The translations under genes and the position numbers were made by a program. Shown here piece after piece: positions 18,382 through 25,408 of a stretch of DNA of 35,790 bases (position 1 is its first letter; each line of letters starts with the position of its first letter). A model generated the notes under the pieces. It worked only from the letters and a program-made list of their open reading frames with translations, made no database searches and had not been told where the DNA came from. The DNA is from a virus. Lineage: Duplodnaviria; Caudoviricetes. The stretch covers positions 1 to 35,790 of the IMG/VR virus record IMGVR_UViG_3300031965_000096. One strand, 5' to 3'.

Positions 18382-19205
18382 TAGTCCTCGTAGTTGATTG
18401 CGTAGACCGCGTTCACCAGGCGGGTCACGTTCTTGCGGGTATAACGTTTCGTTGTGTCCGGCCTCGTATGCCCCGCGAATGCTTGCGCCGCGAGTAAATC
18501 ACCGGTCCGATCGTAGACCTCTGTGATAGCCGTGTGCCGAAGCTCATGAGTGGTGATCCGCGGTATCCCCGCTTCCTCCGCCACCTTCATACACCACTTC
18601 CAGACGGTGCCCTGAGTGACATGGACCCGTCCGGCGTGACCGGGAAAAACGAAGTCGCCGCGCCGTCGAACATACCGAAGGTCATCAAGGAGCGTCGGAT
18701 GGACGGGTAGTTCCCGTGTCCGGTCGCCTTTGCCGATCGCCGTGTACCAGCTCATCTCCCGATCGAAGCGGGACCACTGCGCCGACGCTATCTCTGTGAC
18801 CCTCAACCCGAGGTAAAGCCCGAACATGACGGCGGTCCCTTCCGGCACCCAGTATCGGGCCGTCTTGTGCAGGAGTGTCGCCCGTTCGCGTTCGAGTGCT
18901 CTGCTCCTTCCCTGCGGCTGGGTGGGGACTGGGATCGCGCCGAGAGGTGCGTCGATCCCCTTCATCCGATAGAAGTATTTGAGGGCGGACCTCAACTGGC
19001 CGCGAACCGTGTGGGACTTGTGGAACGCCTCGGCCATCTCCTTCATCGTTTCGGCGTTGAGGGTGGCGAGATGTAGCCCCCGCTGGTCGCACCAGGCTTC
19101 CGCTTGGCGCAGTCGCATCTCGTAGTTGCGGATCGTGTTGTCGGTGCGGGTGTGGGCGATCAGGAAATTCCGGTATTCCCCCATCCACACAGGATGAACC
19201 GACAT
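18381..19205 (-). CDS. int: Tyrosine recombinase / integrase (compact, Xer-like, no arm-binding domain evident)
   Basis: GLRVTE (R), GKGDRTR (K), HELRH, AGH and TTKRY (Y) catalytic motifs. Confidence 0.93.
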   Translation of the reverse strand: MSVHPVWMGEYRNFLIAHTRTDNTIRNYEMRLRQAEAWCDQRGLHLATLNAETMKEMAEAFHKSHTVRGQLRSALKYFYRMKGIDAPLGAIPVPTQPQGRSRALERERATLLHKTARYWVPEGTAVMFGLYLGLRVTEIASAQWSRFDREMSWYTAIGKGDRTRELPVHPTLLDDLRYVRRRGDFVFPGHAGRVHVTQGTVWKWCMKVAEEAGIPRITTHELRHTAITEVYDRTGDLLAAQAFAGHTRPDTTKRYTRKNVTRLVNAVYAINYED

Positions 19206-19249
19206 GTAGTCGAGTCGATGGGCCTCTGGTACTAGATCCGCGTACCCGT

Positions 19250-19432
19250 TCAGGCGGGGGCCTTTGCTGGCAATCTGATGTGGGTTTCGGCTGCGTTCCG
19301 TGTCCGTGTGCGCACCAGGAGATGCCAGTGCGGACCGAGCGCACAGTCGCAGTCGGCGTAGACCTCCCAGATGCGGCCCTGCTGTTCCATCTTGTATTCG
19401 ACGCCGTTGATGCGGTAGATGCTGGCGGTCAT
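19250..19432 (-). CDS. Hypothetical protein between repressor and integrase
   Basis: ATGA-type overlap with the repressor stop; 60 aa. Confidence 0.6.
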   Translation of the reverse strand: MTASIYRINGVEYKMEQQGRIWEVYADCDCALGPHWHLLVRTRTRNAAETHIRLPAKAPA

Positions 19433-19896
19433 ACCGCCACCTTGATGGGGAGTGTTTCGGCTTGTAGACCGGTCCAGTAGTCTGGATTCGGTAGGTGCAT
19501 CATGTCGTCACGTTGGAGCCATCCGGCTGTGACGAGGGCGTTGTCGGGGTGGTCGCGGGGGAGCGGGGCGGGGTAGGAATTCAGATAAAGCGGCTTATCT
19601 GCACTCAGGTCGCGAAGACCCCGTGCCTCCTTCTCGACGGCGACGATCTGATGGATCGGCTCGTTGAGCCAGTTGTAGTCGGTGCCGGTGGCGAGGGCGA
19701 TGGCAGCTAGCAGGCGGCCCTCAGCGTCGCGGTCGGCCGATTCGACGCGACTGATGATGCTGCGGCTGATCCCATTGTGGTTCAGGATGCTCGCACACTG
19801 CACGGCGAGTTCCGTCTGGCTCATGCTTGCGCCCGCTCGGGCCATTTTGACCCGCCGCGCTACTTCGGGGTTCCCCGGTATGCCTTCCCGTTTCAT
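19429..19896 (-). CDS. Immunity repressor, XRE/Cro-CI HTH
   Basis: RVKMARAGASMSQTELA...ISRSIISRVES..R...LAAIALATGTDYNWL; divergent from the cro-like gene. Confidence 0.88.
   Translation of the reverse strand: MKREGIPGNPEVARRVKMARAGASMSQTELAVQCASILNHNGISRSIISRVESADRDAEGRLLAAIALATGTDYNWLNEPIHQIVAVEKEARGLRDLSADKPLYLNSYPAPLPRDHPDNALVTAGWLQRDDMMHLPNPDYWTGLQAETLPIKVAV
19578..19605 (-). other. dif-like recombination site (candidate attP) inside the repressor gene
   Basis: Minus strand AGTGCAGATAA-GCCGCT-TTATCTGAATT: 11-6-11 layout, 8/11 identity per arm to E. coli dif. Confidence 0.68.
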
Positions 19897-19933
19897 GGCG
19901 TTCCTCTCTGCTCGATGCTACGTGGCAATGTGG

Positions 19934-19963
19934 AATATACGCACCTTGCGCACCACGTGTCAA
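19934..19963 (-). promoter_or_regulatory. Leftward sigma-A promoter (repressor/int operon)
   Basis: Minus strand TTGACA-18 nt-TATATT. Confidence 0.8.
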
Positions 19964-19991
19964 GCGGTCTCGTCAGTCACGAGCAAGATGC

Positions 19992-20020
19992 TTGACAGTG
20001 CGTCGCTTGCGCATTACGGT
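19992..20020 (+). promoter_or_regulatory. Rightward early promoter, probably giving a leaderless cro mRNA
   Basis: TTGACA-17 nt-TACGGT; ATG 20029 lies 8 nt after the -10 with no SD. Confidence 0.8.
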
Positions 20021-20028
20021 GCATTCCC

Positions 20029-20250
20029 ATGGCTGGAACATCACAACGGGATATGGCCGACGTCATCTTCAGAACCAGAGGACCCGGCTACCCCATCCTC
20101 TCCTTCATCGCACACAAGCGAGACGAAGACCCCCCGGCCTCCTGGAAAGACATCGCAGACGCAATCGCAGAGATCACCGACGGCGCCGTCGAGGTAGGCC
20201 GCGACACGATCCGCCGCTGGCACGAAGCGGCCCTCGAGGCCGTCGCGTGA
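20029..20250 (+). CDS. Cro-like HTH protein
   Basis: SWKDIADAIAEITDGAVEVGRDTIRRW; first gene of the divergent early operon. Confidence 0.72.
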   Translation: MAGTSQRDMADVIFRTRGPGYPILSFIAHKRDEDPPASWKDIADAIAEITDGAVEVGRDTIRRWHEAALEAVA

Positions 20251-20669
20251 GCATCGATCCTCGCATTCTGGAAGCGCGTAAGAACCCCCGCCGCACACAG
20301 AAGCGGTGCTCTGAGTGCCGCCAAACAAAGACGCTCGACGGGTACCACCTGGGCAGCTCGACGATCGACGGTCGGTCGAACAGATGCAAAGAGTGCGCCA
20401 CCGCTGCGGCCACGGCATGGAGGTTGGCCGAGGCGCCGCGCTCCAAACTGCCTGTGAGCGCCAAGACGTGCCCCGCGTGCTGCGTGGAGCGGAGTGCGTC
20501 GCAATATCGCAAGTCTCGGCATCGGCCCGACGGGCTCCAGACATATTGCAACGAGTGCCAAGACCGCCTCGCGGCCGGAGAGACCGTCGTGGACATCCGC
20601 CGCAGTCGAGGGCTGCCCACCATTCGACCGAGAAGGGTGTTCTCGCTGCGCAGGGAGGCCGTCGCGTGA
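20247..20669 (+). CDS. Double zinc-binding protein (two CxxC...DG....CxxC units)
   Basis: CSECRQTK..DGRSNRCKEC and CPACCVER..DGLQTYCNEC. Confidence 0.75.
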   Translation: MSIDPRILEARKNPRRTQKRCSECRQTKTLDGYHLGSSTIDGRSNRCKECATAAATAWRLAEAPRSKLPVSAKTCPACCVERSASQYRKSRHRPDGLQTYCNECQDRLAAGETVVDIRRSRGLPTIRPRRVFSLRREAVA

Positions 20670-20758
20670 GCTTCCTATACCGCATCGATCTGATCGTCCG
20701 CCTGTCCGAATGGTGGGCCGACCGTCGCCTCGCCCGGAGTCTCCCATGGTTGATGTGA
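20666..20758 (+). CDS. 30-aa hypothetical protein
   Basis: GTGA overlap and GGAGG RBS. Confidence 0.5.
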   Translation: MSFLYRIDLIVRLSEWWADRRLARSLPWLM

Positions 20759-20901
20759 GAGTCCGTCCACGCCGAACCGCCTGTCCGCACCCACTGCTCC
20801 TGCTGCGGCTCCCGCCTCTTCGATGTGGGCGGGATGGTCGCATGCCGGAACTGTGACACCCCCATGCCGGGGCTTCCACCGTCGGACCGTCAGGTCGCGC
20901 G

Positions 20902-21063
20902 ATGATCCGCACTGTTTGGGAGCAGACCGACGTTCCCGGCGTCTGGGTGAACGCGGGCGTCGCCTTCGACTTCCCGGCAGCCGACTGGCGGACCGTCATC
21001 CTCGTGTTCGCCGCCGCCTGGGGCGTGTCGTGGGCTGTGCTGATAGCTACGGGGCGCGCATGA
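20902..21063 (+). CDS. Small membrane protein (53 aa)
   Basis: ATGA overlaps; C-terminal TM segment VILVFAAAWGVSWAVLIA. Confidence 0.6.
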   Translation: MIRTVWEQTDVPGVWVNAGVAFDFPAADWRTVILVFAAAWGVSWAVLIATGRA

Positions 21064-21131
21064 TCTGGCTGCTGCTCTATCTGACTGTGGTCGCCGTGAT
21101 CCTCGTCGCCAACCACGGAGCCCACCGATGA
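21060..21131 (+). CDS. Tiny membrane peptide (23 aa)
   Basis: MIWLLLYLTVVAVILVANHGAHR; ATGA overlap at both ends. Confidence 0.55.
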   Translation: MIWLLLYLTVVAVILVANHGAHR

Positions 21132-21301
21132 ACCGGCAACGCTGGGCGGGGCCCATTCTCGCAGGGCTGATCGGGCTCAGCGTCGGTGTCTTCGCCGCGG
21201 CGCTCGGTTGGCCTCTTATCGCCAGCCTGTCGATGAGTGTGGCCCTCGTTTTTACTGCCGCTCTGGCGGGGTGGTGGAGCGAATGGTGGGACGCCCGATG
21301 A
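21128..21301 (+). CDS. Small two-TM protein (57 aa)
   Basis: GGAG RBS and ATGA overlaps; MNRQRWAGPILAGLIGLSVGVFAAALGWPLIASLSMSVALVFTAALAGWWSEWWDAR. Confidence 0.62.
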   Translation: MNRQRWAGPILAGLIGLSVGVFAAALGWPLIASLSMSVALVFTAALAGWWSEWWDAR

Positions 21302-21504
21302 GCCGTTTCTCCACCGACATGCAGATCGTCGGCCTCGTCCTGGTCGTCTGCTGGCTCGTCTTCTACCTGGGCCCCGTGTTTCTGAAGGCGCTGATCGATC
21401 CGTACGCCGACGACTTCGACGACGTCGACGGGCTGGCGAAGCGTGACAGGTTTCCCGACCGGCAGAACCTCCACCCACGGTCGGGAGGGGAGAGGCCGGG
21501 CTGA
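21298..21504 (+). CDS. Small single-TM protein (68 aa)
   Basis: ATGA overlap; IVGLVLVVCWLVFYLGPVFL. Confidence 0.62.
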   Translation: MSRFSTDMQIVGLVLVVCWLVFYLGPVFLKALIDPYADDFDDVDGLAKRDRFPDRQNLHPRSGGERPG

Positions 21505-21612
21505 CCGATCCTGGCAACCAACAGTCCTGGTCTCTCCCCAGACACAACGAAAACCAGCGGCATCGACCCCGAGTTAGGACGCCGATGCCGCCGATACGGA
21601 AGGAACAATACA

Positions 21613-21816
21613 ATGAGATTCACTGTCGACCGGGACACCCCTCCGGGTGCCCCATATCAGGTGGGCCGAGCCTATTCGGCGTCTGAGAACCGGATCGAGG
21701 TGTGCCCGGTTTGTGAACGGTCCGCCCATACGACCGTCGAGACGAAAGCGGACCGGGGTCGCCGGTTCGTGGACTGTCAGGGCGAGCCGATCGACATGGC
21801 CGGAGTGCGGACATGA
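21613..21816 (+). CDS. Small hypothetical protein (CPVC)
   Basis: GGAAGGA RBS; coupled to the next gene. Confidence 0.6.
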   Translation: MRFTVDRDTPPGAPYQVGRAYSASENRIEVCPVCERSAHTTVETKADRGRRFVDCQGEPIDMAGVRT

Positions 21817-22250
21817 GCGACTACAAGCATTGGCTCCGCACGTTCGACCATGACGACGAGGAGAAGGCTGCGACCGACGCGCTCGACGATCTCGGGCGTC
21901 TCAACCAGGTGGCTCGTTCTCTGCTGTTGCCGATCCTCGCGGAGGCGATCCTCATGGTCCGCCGTGACGATGCTCGGACGGTGGAACGCCAATTCGACCT
22001 GTCCAGAGTGTTCTCGGGTGAAACCACACTCGACCAGCGGGCTACCCGGCTGTCACAGTCGTTCGTGCTGGGCGACGGTCGTCGGGTGACGTGGGACGAG
22101 GCCACCGAAGAGGACCATCGGGCTCGCATCGAATACTTGTCGGTTCATGTTCGTGGCGTGCTGGAAACCATTTCACGTCATGAGGAGGCCATCGGACTGA
22201 TCCGGGAGCACGGTGTTTCGTGTCTGGGTGAGATCGAGGTGGCAGCGTGA
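21813..22250 (+). CDS. Hypothetical protein directly upstream of the Tas-like gene
   Basis: 145-aa helical ORF with ATGA and GTGA coupling on both sides. Confidence 0.78.
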   Translation: MSDYKHWLRTFDHDDEEKAATDALDDLGRLNQVARSLLLPILAEAILMVRRDDARTVERQFDLSRVFSGETTLDQRATRLSQSFVLGDGRRVTWDEATEEDHRARIEYLSVHVRGVLETISRHEEAIGLIREHGVSCLGEIEVAA

Positions 22251-23269
22251 CCGCCCAGCCGTACCGCCAGCCCGAAGTCGTGACGGAAGCCACCGGGCGA
22301 ACGGCTGGCGGTACTGACCATTCCCCCGAGTCCGAGCGCCAGCCGACAGCCAAACGACTTCCGGCTCGGGGGGACTTTCTTGACTTGCGCATATGGGCCG
22401 AGTCGTACGCGGACGTCCAACAGAACCGGATTGCTCTCGTGAACCGGATGGAGCGGGGCGGCATCGACGGCGACCTCCTCGCAGGACACAGGGCCATGCT
22501 CGAAGCGTCGGAGAACGCGTTCCGTCTGTCAATGGTCCGCTCCTACCGGCGCACCGTCCGCCAGTCCATGCCCGACGTGGAAGCCTGGCAGAAAGGGTCG
22601 TTTGGGATCGGTGAGCATCTGCTCGCCCGTCTGCTCGGCACCCTCGGCCATCCGGTCATCGCCACCCCGTATGCGTGGATGGACGACGCCCTCGACGGCC
22701 ACGTCTGCATCCCTGAGCGGTGCGGTAAACGGCACCTCGTAGCGTTCGAGCCGTACCGTCGCACCCTCCGCCAACTCTGGTCCTACTGCGGTCACGGCGC
22801 TCCTGTCCGTCGCCGCAAGGGGATGAGCCAAGAGGATGCGTTCGGTTTGGGTTCTCCCCGATGCAAGATGCTGGTGCATTTGCTCGCTGAGGGAACCATC
22901 AAATGTGGCCCCCAGCCCATTTCGGACCCGACAGCCATGAGGGCCGCGGCTGGGGCCACCCTTCCCCCGAAGCCCTGGCCCTTGTCGATAGCCAAAGAGA
23001 ACGCGGCTTCGGGGGATTCTTCCCCGCCCAAAACCCCATCGGAAGCCATACGGGTTACGGCGGGTTCCGGTAGCGGCGCAAGCTCCATTGCCGTCGCGAC
23101 GGCCGCTGCACGTTCGGGCAAGTACCGCTACCGGAACATCTACGACCGACGCCGTGAGGCCACCGTTGATCGGGAATGGACCCCCGGCCACTCCCATGCA
23201 GACGCCCTCCGCATCGTCGGCAAGGAGATCCTTCGTGACCTGTGGCAGACCGCAGGGGGTGGCGCATGA
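22247..23269 (+). CDS. IS110-C-terminal / Nop-like RNA-binding protein without a nuclease domain (TasA-like)
   Basis: Coiled coil (QQNRIALVNR), then GIGEHLLARLLG, QLWSYCGH, RRRKG, SPRCKMLVHLLAE, YRNIYDRRR and GHSHADALRIVGKEILRDLW. No DEDD/RuvC or HNH domain evident. Confidence 0.78.
   Translation: MTAQPYRQPEVVTEATGRTAGGTDHSPESERQPTAKRLPARGDFLDLRIWAESYADVQQNRIALVNRMERGGIDGDLLAGHRAMLEASENAFRLSMVRSYRRTVRQSMPDVEAWQKGSFGIGEHLLARLLGTLGHPVIATPYAWMDDALDGHVCIPERCGKRHLVAFEPYRRTLRQLWSYCGHGAPVRRRKGMSQEDAFGLGSPRCKMLVHLLAEGTIKCGPQPISDPTAMRAAAGATLPPKPWPLSIAKENAASGDSSPPKTPSEAIRVTAGSGSGASSIAVATAAARSGKYRYRNIYDRRREATVDREWTPGHSHADALRIVGKEILRDLWQTAGGGA
22261..22374 (+). ncRNA. TIGR-like stem-loop guide array, units 1-2
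   Basis: U1 22261-22314 and U2 22321-22374: stem-CCN-9nt-CG(GA/AC)AGCCA-9nt-CG-stem. Confidence 0.72.
22905..23064 (+). ncRNA. TIGR-like stem-loop guide array, units 3-5, inserted in frame in the CDS
   Basis: U3 22905-22959, U4 22963-23016, U5 23023-23064; same fixed geometry as units 1-2. Confidence 0.75.
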
Positions 23270-23505
23270 AGCCGCAGACAGACCAGGTCTTGAGGCTGGT
23301 GTCCCGCCGTGAGGGCGCCTGCATGGACTCGTTCGTTCACGCGCGCATCCTCCGCTATTCGGCGCGTATCCACGAACTCCGCGAGACCGGATATCTGATC
23401 GGAGAGTCACCGTGTGACCGGACCGACCATAAGGGCCATCCCAGTTACCGGCTGGTCGCTTCACCACCGGAGAACCTCCTCGAAATGATCGAGGTATCCG
23501 CGTGA
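23266..23505 (+). CDS. Small winged-HTH protein
   Basis: ILRYSARIHELRETGYLI...YRL motif. Confidence 0.75.
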   Translation: MKPQTDQVLRLVSRREGACMDSFVHARILRYSARIHELRETGYLIGESPCDRTDHKGHPSYRLVASPPENLLEMIEVSA

Positions 23506-23708
23506 GCTGCCATACGGACGATCCGCTCCGCGACCTGGCCGTCCTCGTCCAACGGCTCGCCCTCTCCCTCGGCTACGAGCGGACCGCCGAAGAGGCCGGA
23601 CACATCATCGACAGTCTCGACGGCCCGTCGGAGTACGCCGAGGCACCGTTCGGTGCGGACCTCGAAGCCGAAGCCGGCCGAGAACGTGCCATGGAGCGTG
23701 CCCCGTGA
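23502..23708 (+). CDS. Hypothetical protein
   Basis: GTGA coupling and GAGG RBS. Confidence 0.65.
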   Translation: MSCHTDDPLRDLAVLVQRLALSLGYERTAEEAGHIIDSLDGPSEYAEAPFGADLEAEAGRERAMERAP

Positions 23709-24229
23709 CCACCGAACAACTGTTCGAACTGGTACGCGACGCCTACTCGTCGGCCATGTGGGATGAAGACTTCCCGGCCCTCGCAGACCTCGACGACATG
23801 ACCATCGACGATCTGGACGGCCTGCTCGGCCAGCTGCTGGTGCTCCGTCAGACAGTGGACCGGTTGAAGCGTCAGACTGAGACGGCGGTCGCCCGACTCC
23901 TCGGGGAGGGTGGCGCCGCCCGGGTCGGTGACGTCGTCTACCGGTATAAGCCGAAGAACTCTCAACGTGTGGTCGACCCTGACGGTCTGATCGGCTGGCT
24001 GGGTGCGGACTGGCATCACGTTGTCCCTGTCACCCGGTCCACCACGCTGCGACGTGGCGGACTGAAGGCGGTGTGTGAGCAGCGGGGCGTCGAAGTGGCA
24101 ACCGTCGAGGACACGTTCCTCGAATGGGAGACGGGCGACCCGACAGTAGATCGGATGGCGCTCGACAGGGCGCCGAAGTTCCTCCAGGCACTCACCGACG
24201 GGGAGATCATCCGGAAGGGGGCAGCGTGA
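23705..24229 (+). CDS. Hypothetical protein in the recombination module
   Basis: Coupled ORF upstream of ERF; N-terminal coiled coil. Confidence 0.72.
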   Translation: MTTEQLFELVRDAYSSAMWDEDFPALADLDDMTIDDLDGLLGQLLVLRQTVDRLKRQTETAVARLLGEGGAARVGDVVYRYKPKNSQRVVDPDGLIGWLGADWHHVVPVTRSTTLRRGGLKAVCEQRGVEVATVEDTFLEWETGDPTVDRMALDRAPKFLQALTDGEIIRKGAA

Positions 24230-24948
24230 CAGATATCGCGCGACCGGTCGGCGTGCATCAGGCGCTTGCAGCGGTCGCCGCCGACCTGGGCGGCATCGAC
24301 AAGTCGGAACGGAACACAGAACAGAACTTCAACTTCCGCAGCATCGACGCGATCGCCGGAGCCATCCGCCCCCTGTTCGGCAAGCACGGTCTGTCCGTCA
24401 CCCCCTACGTCGAGGACGTCACATACACCGAGGTCGAATCGAAGAGAGGCACGAAAGGCTACCGGTGTGTTGCTTGGGTTCGCTATCAGATCCGCCATGA
24501 GGACGGGTCCGCCGTCGAAGCCCGCATGGTGGGTGAGGCCGTCGACTACGGGGACAAGTCCACGTCGAAGGCTGTGCAGATGGCCTACAAGTACATGCTC
24601 ACCGAACTGTGCATCGTCGGTGCCGGCGACCGGGACCCTGACGGGCACACCGTCGAAGAGATGGGACGGGGCGAGCCCCTCTCCGAGCTCGAGATCGCGG
24701 AGCGGGCCACCAACAAGCTGAAAGGCGACATTCTCGAGATAGTCGGGGACAGGAAACGGGCGGTGAAGGCGTATCGGGATGCGGTGTCGTCGCTTGGCCT
24801 GGACCCGGACGAGCCGGTGCCCGGCGAAGAGCATGAGCGGGTGCTGGCCATCGTCCAGGCACTCGAAGAACCTGCCGTCGACGCCACCGATGTCGCCGGT
24901 CTTCCGCTCGACGACGCCGACAACGCACCGTTCGAGGAGCCGCAATGA
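24226..24948 (+). CDS. erf: ERF-family ssDNA annealing protein
   Basis: IDKSERN..QNFNFRSIDAI...PLFGKHGL and GEAVDYGDKSTSKAVQMAYKY motifs. Confidence 0.88.
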   Translation: MTDIARPVGVHQALAAVAADLGGIDKSERNTEQNFNFRSIDAIAGAIRPLFGKHGLSVTPYVEDVTYTEVESKRGTKGYRCVAWVRYQIRHEDGSAVEARMVGEAVDYGDKSTSKAVQMAYKYMLTELCIVGAGDRDPDGHTVEEMGRGEPLSELEIAERATNKLKGDILEIVGDRKRAVKAYRDAVSSLGLDPDEPVPGEEHERVLAIVQALEEPAVDATDVAGLPLDDADNAPFEEPQ

Positions 24949-25130
24949 CCGAACCCGTCACGGCGACCGGTGCTGTCTGGCTGGACCGGCTCACCTACCC
25001 GTACTGGTGGCTCCTTGAAGTGTGGTCGACGCTCCGGTTGGATCGGGTTCTCGGCATTTCGGGGCCGTGGTGGACCCGCCGTGCTAAGCGTCGCGCCTTG
25101 TGGGATGCGGTCGCATGGTGGGACCAATGA
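24945..25130 (+). CDS. Trp-rich hypothetical protein
   Basis: GAGGAG RBS and ATGA coupling. Confidence 0.6.
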   Translation: MTEPVTATGAVWLDRLTYPYWWLLEVWSTLRLDRVLGISGPWWTRRAKRRALWDAVAWWDQ

Positions 25131-25408
25131 TGGACCCGCTCAACATTCTCGCCGACCTGTATCAGACGACCCCCGACCGCATCCTGACCGTCCGTAACGG
25201 CCATCCGGAGACTGATGCCCGTCAAGTCCTGTTCTGGTATTTGCACTGTTGGCAGGGCATCCAGATTAAGGAACTGGCCCGCCGGTTCCCGTGGACGGAA
25301 ACGACGATCGGCTACGGGGTGCGCCGGGTGAACAAGTCGCTTCCGCACAATCCGGAGCTGCGGGGCGTCTGTCTGGCGTTGTTGGAGTTGCGGATGGTGG
25401 CCGCATGA
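25127..25408 (+). CDS. DnaA C-terminal-like HTH protein
   Basis: ARQVLFWYL...IKELARRF..TETTIGYGVRRV resembles the Bac_DnaA_C domain. Confidence 0.72.
   Translation: MMDPLNILADLYQTTPDRILTVRNGHPETDARQVLFWYLHCWQGIQIKELARRFPWTETTIGYGVRRVNKSLPHNPELRGVCLALLELRMVAA

Noticed and set aside
22261-23064. CRISPR array
   Set aside because: No constant 23-47 bp repeat, the variable segments are only 9 nt, and there are no cas genes.
22247-23269. Active IS110 insertion sequence
   Set aside because: No N-terminal DEDD/RuvC domain is evident. The gene is coupled to phage genes on both sides, with no element ends.
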